Source of the DNA: Antedon mediterranea
Taxonomy: Eukaryota > Animalia > Echinodermata
DNA: 64,000 nucleotides
Reading direction: 5' to 3'
NCBI RefSeq assembly: GCF_964355755.1
Contig: NC_092676.1
Location: 15,518,871 to 15,582,870, forward strand
The position numbers were made by a program, and so were the translations under genes. This document shows, one piece after another, positions 56,001-64,000 of this stretch. The notes beneath the pieces were generated by a model, which saw only the letters and a list, made by a program, of their open reading frames with translations, did no database searches and had not been told where the DNA came from. Each line of letters begins with the position of its first letter. Positions within the stretch are counted from its first letter, which is position 1.

Positions 56001-59000
56001 GTAATTTACTAAAGTAATTTACTAAAATGCCAGGTAAATTTAGATAAATAACAGTTTTTAAAGACCTCACTCGCTTTGATGTTATGCTAGGCCTAGGCAG
56101 CCAAGCACCAAGCAACACGTACCTTCGCTTCGCTCAAATTTACCGCAGTCATATTTTGGACACGCCTTAATATTTCGTTGCCATGCGAAACAGATTTTTT
56201 TATGGCTTACGAAAACGAATACGTGTGCGTGACGTATCCGTTTTCGTTATTGTATTCGTAAGATTGCGAAACCTCTCTAATGTCTTTGAAATGTAAACCA
56301 GTTTACACTTCTTAGAATCCATACTGAGTGAGCAAAAAAAATATCACCAACTATGGAATCTTCAAAGGATGTTTCCCTTGGAGAATCTGCCCTGGTTTCT
56401 TATTTTTGTACAGTTGCAATAAAGAAGAACATGATATAATTTCTGTATTTAAGCTTGTTTCCCACTAGGAGGACACACCTAAAGGACTTAAGTGCAACAC
56501 CAAGTAATTTGCATTCTTCCGTTGGACCCTATTGGGAGCCAAGCTTTAGTATAAACTACTGACTTAAATATTGTAATTGGTATGCCAAAACAATAGTTAA
56601 TTTCAGAAATAACAGTAAAGTATTCAATTACAACTATAAACTATTATTATTTACTTAACGTAATAATTGTAGTATCATCCACGTTTTGTTTTGGTATGAA
56701 TTCCTGGACACCTTGGCTAATGTCATTGGGCTTGGATTTATCAAGGTATGTACAGTATTTTATTTATTTTTTATTTTATGTCTTTAGGCAATGTGGCCAA
56801 GGATTAATCGCTGTCCTATCAAATAGGTGGTAATCCCCCTGATACAGGGGCTATATTGTGAACAAGTTCACTGGGGTAACCCCCTACTCTTCTCGAATAT
56901 TTACCAGGGTTCTTTAAAGTGCACACAGGTTATAACTGTGTACACTGGACCTATGGTTTATAGTCCTTATTTATCAAGAAGACTTGTACACTAGAACTAG
57001 GAGCGAGTTGGCCTCGAACCCTTGCCGATGATGTTGGATCTTTAGGTACAGTCAATATCATCGTACTCGAGAATTTATACGATTTACGATCCTCGCAGCA
57101 GTAGTCATGTTATACAGTTTCAACCAATCACGTTCACCTATTTACATAGGCTATAACTATATACTGATACAGTTAAAAAATAATATTTAGTAAATAAATT
57201 AGTTTATAGAGTGAAGATAATGTATTATTATTCCCGTAGTTTACATTTTATTGGTGAAACTGATGATTTGAACACAGAAGAAAAGTCTGAGGTGAGAAGA
57301 CGAACAACGATGTTACTCCTTTACCTACTCAGATCACCATTCTTTGACAAGTACTCCAAGTAAGTACAGATTACTTTTCATTTGGCCTTATCATAGGCAG
57401 ATCCATCACATGTGCAACAGGTAAATTCTGAGGGGGAAAATTATTAGACCTACTAATATTGTAAAATATATTTTATCAAAGTCATTTTTAGTAACCATAT
57501 TTAATATTACGGTAAAACGTCTAATTCACAAACGCATTTTCATTGCGGATCACAAGTAGGAGAGCCATCTCGATAGTGCTTTGCACTCATGGCAATCCCC
57601 AGGGTGCTGCACCGCTGTCTTGTATGTATTTTTGTGCCTGAAAATTGAATAAAATAAATAAATGTCGATATCTGGGCTGTATACAAGTTACAGGGACCAA
57701 AATATGTAGTTACATGTCATGGTAACTACAGTTACGGTTAGTCCCTTTATAACAATCCAGTATTCTTGAGTGATAGGTACGCACTTGTCTGGCGAATCAT
57801 TTAACATTATACAGTAACTCTATAATCACCCAGCTCACGCATCCAGGGACTAAAATGCATAGTTATGAGGCGGTCACCCTCCCTTTGTGAGAATCGAGAA
57901 TTCATTCGCAACTATACACTGTCCCTTTTGTTGGGTTGTTTATGTTATGTTTCGTACACGTTAAAGACACTAACAACAGTACACAGGTATAATAGACACG
58001 ACTCAGTCAGGTGTGGATTCCAAGTGAACGAGGCATTTATTAACAACAGCCTATTATACTATTCTACCAATAATATCAATGCGCGTAGACCAATCACCCA
58101 TGTCTTAATACACGACATTTCTCCCTTTTTAATTTGGAAACTTATTTTCACATTTTATATATTTTTTTTTTACAGATTTTCAATACATTTTATTAAAATT
58201 AACAATACACCAAAATCTTAACACAGAGCTTATACGCTGAATAGTCGAATGGATCAATGAACGTTAGTTATCAAATATGTACAACCAAACATAATACTAC
58301 AGTAACTACTGCAAAGATGACTGTCTATAGAGTTATGTTTTAAAATGACTACAAAGCAAATTCAATCATGCTGCTATACAGACAATACTATAAAACATTA
58401 TCATTCAATAATGAAACCGATCTGGCGCTTTGCACACTCTGGTTGACCTTCTTAACACACTTGGTTTAGTAGCAACATTACTTTTAACATTATCATTTAT
58501 ACAATTTTCTTTAGTCTGTTCAATAGCATCATTACTTTTAACATTATCATTTATACAATTTTCTTTAATCTTTCTACTCAAAATTTCTTCTACTCTCTTA
58601 TCTACATATTCCGTATCCATATCCTCCCCTTCTTTATTTTCAAAATCTACATTTACACCTCTATCTTTAATTTGATCAACATGTCTTTTCCAAACCATTT
58701 TGTTTCCAACATCAATTTTATAGTTTAAAGGACCTTCCTGGTTTACAACAACACCAGGGACCCACTTAGTTTGTCCTATATAATTTCGCACATAAACCAA
58801 ATCGTTTGTTTCGTATAAACGCAACTTTCGATCTCGCTTATGCATGGCTTTGTGTAAATTATTTCTCACAGAATCATTAATATTGGGTCGAAGGATATCT
58901 AATCTAGTTCTTATAGAACGGTTCATAAACAACTTTGCAGGCGTCTCTTTAGTCAATGAGTGTTCAGCATTTCTATAAGAAAGCAAAAACCTGTCTAATT

Positions 59001-62000
59001 TAGTTTGCGGATCACCTGAATCATTTCGAGCAGCCCTTAATCCTTGTTTTAACGATTGAACAAAACGCTCTGCTTGTCCATTCGTACTAGGATGATAAGG
59101 TGCAGATAATTTGTGACTAATACCATTCATAGCCATAAAACTCTTAAATTCCCCAGACGTAAACTGTGGACCATTATCAGACACTAGAACTTGGGGCAAA
59201 CCATGTGAAGTCGTAGATTGCATAATAAAAACTTCGGGCCACTTTGAAAAAGCATCGACCACAATCAGATATGTAAGACCCTCAAAAGGACCCGCGAAAT
59301 CTACATGTACCCGTTCCCCAGGGTTAGAAACAGGTAACCAAGGATGCATAGGCGCAATGGTAGGATTATTTTGTATACGCTGACATAAGTCGCACTTTTT
59401 TGCAGTTTCCTCAATTTGCGCATCTAACAACGGCCACCAGAAATGAGAACGCGCTAACCCTTTCATTTTGACCACCCCAATATGGCCTACATGCAATTCC
59501 TCTAAAACCTGTTGTCGCAATTTTGGTGGAATTATTACCCGGACACCCCATAACAAACAACCCCCTTCAATAGTCAGTTCGTTTCGTCTGTTAAAGTAAG
59601 GTTTCAAACTCTCATCGCTTTGGGGCCAACTTCCATCCATAAGATAACGCATTACTCTAGATAATATTACATCTTTACGGGTATTATTTCTTATTTCGGC
59701 GCTAGTTACCGGAAGAATCTTACTAGAACCAATATGCGCAACCGAAATTTTGCTATGACGTGGGAGACCCTCAACCGGTAATGAAGCATCCGTAGCTACT
59801 GTTAAAGGTAAATTTGGATCATAGTGAACCAAAAACCCAGAATGTCTTAGCATTTCCTTAGATTTCACCCATGCATTTCTAGCTAATTCTGTCCATTTAA
59901 ATTCTCTACCCTTTTCTAACATACTAGTTAAAGGTGCTAATATTGTGGCTAATCGAGGTACAAATGAACGGTAATAATTCACCATTCCCAGATACGATCT
60001 TAAAGTAGTAATGTCCGAAGGCAACGGCATTTGCAAAATATGATCAATTTTGTCTATGGATTTATGAACACCATGTTTATCAACACAATGTCCCAAATAT
60101 TCAACAGACTGCTTCATAAATTCGCACTTTCCCCGTTTTAGTCTCAAGCCATAATCTTGCAAACGAACAAGGACCCTCTCTAAATTACCAAGGTGCTCTT
60201 GATCGTCTTTCCCTGTGACCAAGATATCATCAAGGTACACTTGTACACCCGGGAGATCCTTTAAGATAACATTCATTGCGTTTTGCCAAATTGCTGGCGC
60301 GGACGTTATGCCAAAAACCAATCGATTTTGCTGAAACAAGCCCTTTTCAGTAATAATTGTGAGTACCTTTTTAGACTCATCGGACAACTCCATCTGATTG
60401 TAGGCTTGTGCCAGATCTAATTTGGTAAAGGTTTCACCACCCGCAAGGTTAGACAAAATGTCGTCAACGTTAATGTTAGGTGGAGCAACAGATTGTAGCA
60501 CTGGATTGATTGTGGGCTTATAATTTCCACATAATCTAACGGACCCATCTTTTTTCCGAACGGTTACTATACCACTGGCCCACTGACTATGCGTCACTGG
60601 TGTCAGAACCCCAATGTTGACCAATCTATCTAACTCAGTATCAACATCAGACCTTAAGGCATAAGGAACCCGGTACGCTTTACTAATCATTGGCTTGGCA
60701 TCTCCCTTAAGTAAAACATCAGCTTTAATATGCTTTAAAAGACCCAGTTCCTCTTTAAACAGACCCTCATGCTTATCCAAGAGTTGTTTAAGAGCATCCC
60801 TACATTCCAATTTATTAACATAATTATTATGAAAACATTCTTGCCAATTTAACTTGATAACATTTAACCAGTCTCGCCCTAAAAGAGAATGCTTAGTATT
60901 AGCAACAACATACATGAATAAATAATGACATTGTGATTCATATACCACTTTAACACTGATTTTACCAAGGGGTTTTACAATCTCCCCCGTAAAACTAGTA
61001 AATGTCCGAGAACTCCCTTGCAAACGTTTATACTTAAAATGTTCTTTATAAGTCTGTTCAGATATCAAAGTTACTGCAGAACCAGTGTCCAATTCAAACT
61101 GAAAGTTTCGGTCATCCACATTCATATTAACACAAATAGCATCTGATGATTTAGTTGTCGTAAAAATAGGCAAAGGTAATGCAGTTTCAATATCACTATC
61201 ATCCATCCCGCTATCAATATTTAACGCACGTACACCTTGTGACCTTTTGTAGCACACGCGACTGATATGTCCAACTTTTTGACACACATTACACTTCTTG
61301 TCTTTAAACCAACAATTTTGTTGATCATGTGATTTTCTTCCACACCGGTTACACATCTTGAGTTCTTTATTCCGCTTTTTATGTTTACCGTTATCACTTT
61401 TATACATATTCCTACGCTCACCCTTCCCTGTTTACCACCACTAGAGTATGTACCAATTTTATGAACCTCTATATTTATAGCAGACTCTCTCAGATACTTG
61501 GATTCATCCTTAGCACTTTCTCTCGCTAAAGCAACTTCTACTGCTTCATTAAAACTCAACGCAGTCACACCCGCCTTTTCCATTAATTTTAATGACGTAT
61601 TTTGGTCCCTCATCCCGCTTATGAATCTATCACGTAGTTGCTCGTCCAGCTTCTCGCCAAACTTGCAATTCAAACTTAAATGTTTTAAAGCAACTATGTA
61701 TTCAGAAGTCTTTTCATCGGGACGTTGATTACGCTGAATAAACTTATGTCTTTCGCCGATGGTAATTATCGGCTTAGTAAAATGTAAGTGTAGACTTTAA
61801 TTCATCATATGGAATATCTTTTGGTGCCTTTGGGCTAACCAAATCCCTCAAAATACCGTAGTACTTACGACCTATTGCGTTCAGGAAAATGGCTGCTACC
61901 CTAGCTCCCACATTACCACGTGCATCAGCATCCGGCTCTCCATGTCTCCATCCGGCTCTCCCATCCTCGTCGCCAAATGTTATGTTTCGTACACGTTAAA

Positions 62001-63327
62001 GACACTAACAACAGTACACAGGTATAATAGACACGACTCAGTCAGGTGTGGATTCCAAGTGAACGAGGCATTTATTAACAACAGCCTATTATACTATTCT
62101 ACCAATAATATCAATGCGCGTAGACCAATCACCCATGTCTTAATACACGACAGTTTACATCTCCAACGCCTTGATGAAGCCTTGAAGTGATTTGCGATTT
62201 GTTATTATTTATGTATACCTCTCTTGGCCCGTGGGGTATGTTTGACTATGTTCGCGGAAACCGAGAATCCGGTGGAAAGTACAGCTTTTTATTCACTACA
62301 GTACTGTATCCTCTTTGAATAATATTGTCATCTTTCTTGTACTATTTGTCCATACACTTTTATGTTAGGATCTGCCTACTATATTTAAATTATTAAATAC
62401 TGTATATCCTCTGGTATAATCCCACCCCCCTAGGACACGAAATTGGGCCCACTTTGGGGAGGAGGGTGGAACTATACCCGGGGAAACCCTGGTTCAGGAA
62501 AAAAATTATTACCGGTAGTAAGAATTTCTTGTAAAAACTCATCTGAATCTGAAAGAGGCCTACAATCAATCCAGATCAAAAGTCAATACTGGGACTACAC
62601 CTGGGGATATGCCTGTTTCTGAAATCAGATATAAAGTAGGCGGTGGGATTAAACCTAAAGTGGGATTATACCCGAGGATATACTGTACGGTAAATCTAGT
62701 TTGGAAATTTATGATTGATTATTTTTTTTATTCAGAATAAAGATCTTACAAAGTTTGAAGGGCTTTTCAAAGCGGTTTCCAGCCTCCAGCCTGATTCTTA
62801 GTATGTATTTTCTGATTGTAATTTGTAGATACTGTAGTAATAGATAACCATTCCTTAGCTTGTGGTAATGTATTTAATACATGGAATATTATACAAATAA
62901 GTATTCATAGAAAAAGAAAATGTAGAATTCAGAAAAAAGAAAAATTGGGAACATTTAGCAGCACCAGGATTTGTAATAAATGATTTTGATCTTTTAGTTT
63001 TACATAATGGTAAACAAAATTAATTTACTTTGTCTAAACCTTTGTCTATACTATCAAACTTTATGTGACAAAGAAATGTGCCACACTAATCTAGAAGCCT
63101 AGGCACAAAGGAATTGAGATGCATTAAAATCTATTAAATAAGAGTGTAAAGAATTGAGTTACTGGGTTTGTGCTGGCAGTTTATACAATTAGTTATTGTG
63201 TGATTATGTATTGAGGGTATATTACAACAATCTCATTTTTATTTATTTTTTTTGCAACTCTATAGACCCATTGATGGAGTACCTTCCAATTTGGCAGAAG
63301 ATCTATTTCTACAACTGGGCAGTGTAA
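46937..63327 (+). CDS. PEX16: Peroxisomal membrane biogenesis factor PEX16, 10 coding exons: join(46937..47090,49784..49819,51969..52048,52720..52853,53883..54139,55536..55679,56673..56745,57240..57359,62736..62800,63266..63327), 1125 nt, 374 aa
   Basis: Manual splicing gives one uninterrupted ORF with GT..AG introns and matching phases. The translation matches recalled PEX16 motifs along its length: [114 protein letters not shown]. Confidence 0.96.
47321..48147. mobile_element. Nested non-autonomous DNA element with subterminal TTGCGCAA palindrome arrays
   Basis: Ends ATATGTTATGCGCGATTTGAA / TTCAAATTGCGCATAACACATAT in a TA-rich site. About 14 TTGCGCAA motifs on the left and about 7 on the right; GC-rich core at 47772-47800. 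Confidence 0.75.
48148..48960. mobile_element. Nested MITE with about 147-bp terminal inverted repeats
   Basis: 48148-48294 is a near-perfect reverse complement of 48815-48960; inserted in a (TA)n run. Confidence 0.9.
49784..49819 (+). CDS. PEX16: PEX16 coding exon 2 ([12 protein letters not shown])
   Basis: Pyrimidine tract plus TTTAG acceptor; GTAAGT donor; 36 nt; matches PEX16 GRFxDSxxxSEL. Confidence 0.93.
   Translation, partial: VVLKIRKSCQS
49856..50178. mobile_element. TTAA-flanked MITE (Kolobok-like), copy 2, PEX16 intron 2
   Basis: TTAA|AGATGTATTGTCCC ... GGGACAATACATCT|TTAA. Confidence 0.85.
50394..51868 (+). mobile_element. Helentron/Helitron2-type non-autonomous element, family C, about 1.47 kb, PEX16 intron 2
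   Basis: 5' hairpin AGGTTATATGCAT-TATC-ATGCATATAACCT, (TTTA)n microsatellite, 3' subterminal IR AATGCATATAACCTA, stem-loop AATTCGTCA-TAG-TGACGAATT, then CTAGTT. Confidence 0.8.
51969..52048 (+). CDS. PEX16: PEX16 coding exon 3 ([27 protein letters not shown])
   Basis: Poly-T/CAG acceptor; GTAAGT donor; 80 nt; ASNLLVL motif. Confidence 0.93.
52720..52853 (+). CDS. PEX16: PEX16 coding exon 4 ([45 protein letters not shown])
   Basis: TTTTGACAG acceptor; GTAAGC donor; 134 nt. Confidence 0.93.
52868..53471 (-). mobile_element. Helentron-like non-autonomous element, family B, copy 2 (PEX16 intron 4)
   Basis: Same termini and internal block as 39458-39834; begins about 14 bp after the exon 4 donor. 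Confidence 0.65.
53883..54139 (+). CDS. PEX16: PEX16 coding exon 5 ([16 protein letters not shown]...[16 protein letters not shown])
   Basis: Overlaps ORF 53860..54153; CTGTAG acceptor; GTAAGA donor; 257 nt. Confidence 0.93.
54502..55199. repeat. 64-bp inverted repeat pair (54502-54565 and 55136-55199) enclosing the SINE; a further small foldback at 54205-54330
   Basis: Arms are reverse complements with one mismatch. Confidence 0.8.
54655..54960 (+). mobile_element. tRNA-derived SINE with a Deu/Nin-like core (PEX16 intron 5)
   Basis: A-box-like TGGCAAACGGTT; B-box GGTTCGAGGC; core GGATAAGGACTATAAACC..TTAAAGAACC..GAGTAGGGGGTTACCCCGGTG. Confidence 0.8.
55536..55679 (+). CDS. PEX16: PEX16 coding exon 6 ([12 protein letters not shown]...[12 protein letters not shown])
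   Basis: TTTTACAG acceptor; ends at U12-type donor GTATCCTT; 144 nt. Confidence 0.92.
55680..56672 (+). other. U12-type (minor spliceosome) GT-AG intron, PEX16 intron 6, 993 nt
   Basis: 5' splice site GTATCCTTG (U12 consensus RTATCCTTT). Branch-like TTACTTAAC at 56651-56659 (consensus TCCTTAAC) lies about 14 nt before the AG, with no polypyrimidine tract. The reading frame is restored across it. Confidence 0.88.
55824..56278. mobile_element. MITE (PIF/Harbinger-like by 3-bp TSD) inside the U12 intron
   Basis: AAT|AGGGAGGTTTCGCAACCTTACGAATACGATAACGAAAACGGATACGTCA ... TGACGTATCCGTTTTCGTTATTGTATTCGTAAGATTGCGAAACCTCTCT|AAT; about 49-bp TIRs. Confidence 0.85.
56673..56745 (+). CDS. PEX16: PEX16 coding exon 7 ([25 protein letters not shown])
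   Basis: SWxPWL motif; GTATGT donor; 73 nt. Confidence 0.92.
56758..57034 (-). mobile_element. 5'-truncated SINE with the same head/core but a different 3' tail (PEX16 intron 7)
   Basis: Reverse complement shares CATCGGCAAGGGTTCGAGGC, ATAAGGACTATAAACCATAGGTCCAGTGTACAC and GAGTAGGGGGTTACCCC with 54655-54960; A-rich tail. Confidence 0.8.
57240..57359 (+). CDS. PEX16: PEX16 coding exon 8 ([40 protein letters not shown])
   Basis: CCCGTAG acceptor; GTAAGT donor; 120 nt; YLLRSPF motif. Confidence 0.94.
57943..58117 (-). repeat. 3' LTR of the Gypsy element (175 bp)
   Basis: Identical to 61978-62152; preceded on the - strand by the polypurine tract AAAAAGGGAGAAA (58118-58130). Confidence 0.96.
58405..61407 (-). 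CDS. pol: Gypsy gag(C-term)-pol polyprotein, 1000 aa: two CCHC knuckles, protease, reverse transcriptase, truncated RNase H, integrase
   Basis: [14 protein letters not shown] and [14 protein letters not shown]; LDTGS; KLDLAQAY and YLDD; ATDAS; HVGH..CDLC; VDFAG / SDNG / NGQAERF (DDE). Confidence 0.93.
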   Translation of the reverse strand: MYKSDNGKHKKRNKELKMCNRCGRKSHDQQNCWFKDKKCNVCQKVGHISRVCYKRSQGVRALNIDSGMDDSDIETALPLPIFTTTKSSDAICVNMNVDDRNFQFELDTGSAVTLISEQTYKEHFKYKRLQGSSRTFTSFTGEIVKPLGKISVKVVYESQCHYLFMYVVANTKHSLLGRDWLNVIKLNWQECFHNNYVNKLECRDALKQLLDKHEGLFKEELGLLKHIKADVLLKGDAKPMISKAYRVPYALRSDVDTELDRLVNIGVLTPVTHSQWASGIVTVRKKDGSVRLCGNYKPTINPVLQSVAPPNINVDDILSNLAGGETFTKLDLAQAYNQMELSDESKKVLTIITEKGLFQQNRLVFGITSAPAIWQNAMNVILKDLPGVQVYLDDILVTGKDDQEHLGNLERVLVRLQDYGLRLKRGKCEFMKQSVEYLGHCVDKHGVHKSIDKIDHILQMPLPSDITTLRSYLGMVNYYRSFVPRLATILAPLTSMLEKGREFKWTELARNAWVKSKEMLRHSGFLVHYDPNLPLTVATDASLPVEGLPRHSKISVAHIGSSKILPVTSAEIRNNTRKDVILSRVMRYLMDGSWPQSDESLKPYFNRRNELTIEGGCLLWGVRVIIPPKLRQQVLEELHVGHIGVVKMKGLARSHFWWPLLDAQIEETAKKCDLCQRIQNNPTIAPMHPWLPVSNPGERVHVDFAGPFEGLTYLIVVDAFSKWPEVFIMQSTTSHGLPQVLVSDNGPQFTSGEFKSFMAMNGISHKLSAPYHPSTNGQAERFVQSLKQGLRAARNDSGDPQTKLDRFLLSYRNAEHSLTKETPAKLFMNRSIRTRLDILRPNINDSVRNNLHKAMHKRDRKLRLYETNDLVYVRNYIGQTKWVPGVVVNQEGPLNYKIDVGNKMVWKRHVDQIKDRGVNVDFENKEGEDMDTEYVDKRVEEILSRKIKENCINDNVKSNDAIEQTKENCINDNVKSNVATKPSVLRRSTRVCKAPDRFHY
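61408..61930 (-). pseudogene. gag: Disrupted gag of the Gypsy element
   Basis: Fragments [37 protein letters not shown] and [24 protein letters not shown]...LRDRFISGM are in different frames (shift near 61790). A second shift near 61410 precedes the zinc knuckles. Confidence 0.85.
61959..61975 (-). other. Primer-binding site complementary to the tRNA-Ser(GCU) 3' end
   Basis: The - strand reads TGGCGACGAGGATGGGA 2 nt after the 5' LTR. The + strand TCCCATCCTCGTCGCCA equals the recalled metazoan tRNA-Ser(GCU) 3' end including CCA. Confidence 0.85.
61978..62152 (-). repeat. 5' LTR of the Gypsy element (175 bp)
   Basis: Identical by eye to 57943-58117; adjacent to the PBS. Confidence 0.96.
62400..62685. 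mobile_element. Tc1/mariner-type MITE (TA TSD) in PEX16 intron 8
   Basis: TA|CTGTATATCCTCTGGTATAATCCCAC ... GTGGGATTATACCCGAGGATATACTG|TA; 26-bp TIRs with 2 mismatches. Confidence 0.8.
62736..62800 (+). CDS. PEX16: PEX16 coding exon 9 ([21 protein letters not shown])
   Basis: Poly-T TTCAG acceptor; GTATGT donor; 65 nt; its phases bridge exons 8 and 10. Confidence 0.88.
63266..63327 (+). CDS. PEX16: PEX16 last coding exon ([20 protein letters not shown])
   Basis: TATAG acceptor; conserved PEX16 C-terminus; TAA stop at 63325-63327. Confidence 0.94.
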
Positions 63328-64000
63328 TTTTGAGGGAAATGAAATGGAAATCTTTTAACAGCAAAGGCTATTTTATGTGATTGTAATTTTAAAAATAATT
63401 TGATAATCTAGTCCATCTTCCAGCTTTCAACAGAGAATATTGTATAAGACTCATTTTATTATTCAACATAATGGAGTACTTTATAATTCGAATTGCCAGT
63501 GCCTATGGAAATGGCGCAGGTCCTAACTTAGAAAGTGAAATATTGGGAGAACTTATGAAAGCAAAGCAAGAGATGGTGCTTTCACAAAAATAATTTCATG
63601 AGGTGGACATTGCACGAATATAAAAAATGCATTATGTGTTTTAGAAAGCCTACTTTTAATGAGAAGCTAGACCTAAACCATTTGAGAAGGCAGCAATCCA
63701 ATTGGACGCGGAGTAAAACAATTATAGGCAATGTATTGTTACACTACAGGTTGATTTTCAAACATGCAGTCAGCAGCCTCGCATCACACATTCTTCTCAC
63801 TATGTAAGACACTATATACACTCTGACAGAGTTGATTAATACAGTATGTCTTTTTAACATCATGTGACCCACAATTATCAAGTTCAATCACAAGAATCTA
63901 TTCAGTCTAATAATATGTACATATGCCATGTCTGGTAAAGGCAGGTGAAAAATGCATTATTAGTTAATTAATGACTTGTCGCAGAACAGAGAAGATATAA

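Larger units (their letters stand above)
57943..62152 (-). mobile_element. Ty3/Gypsy LTR retrotransposon (Mag-like), 4210 bp, internally deleted, antisense in PEX16 intron 8
   Basis: Two identical 175-bp TG..CA LTRs. 5-bp target-site duplication GTTTA (57938-57942 and 62153-62157). PBS and PPT present. Domain order gag-CCHC-PR-RT-(RH)-INT. Confidence 0.97.

Noticed and set aside
57865-58221. ORFs at 57865..58221 and 61942..62190 sharing an identical peptide
   Set aside because: Both read antisense through the two identical LTRs.
61400-61430. Programmed gag-pol ribosomal frameshift
   Set aside because: The shift lies upstream of the gag zinc knuckles, no clear slippery heptamer was seen, and gag has another lesion. 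It is more likely a mutation.

Overview
AT-rich, intron-containing animal genomic DNA. The frequent TAGGCCTA motif, a Deu/Nin-core SINE and a Mag-type Gypsy suggest a marine invertebrate deuterostome such as an echinoderm (inference). One complete protein-coding gene can be reconstructed by hand: PEX16 on the + strand, 10 coding exons from 46937 to 63327, 374 aa, with all splice phases consistent. Its intron 6 is a U12-type (minor spliceosome) intron. Its introns are full of transposons: three nested DNA elements in intron 1 (one carrying about 21 TTGCGCAA palindromes and a perfect 121-bp palindrome), Helentron-like elements, an inverted SINE pair around exons 6-7, and a 4.2-kb antisense Gypsy with identical LTRs but internal deletions in intron 8. 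The left 46 kb has no confident gene except a candidate first coding exon on the - strand (20333-20421). It holds five unrelated tandem arrays (40, 48, 26, 79/80 and 51 bp units). The 8-kb array shows a clear hierarchy from a 20-bp monomer to a 79/80-bp unit to a 1666-bp block. I found no CRISPR array, rRNA or intact tRNA. I also found no convincing evidence of a wholly new biological system; the best leads are listed under findings.
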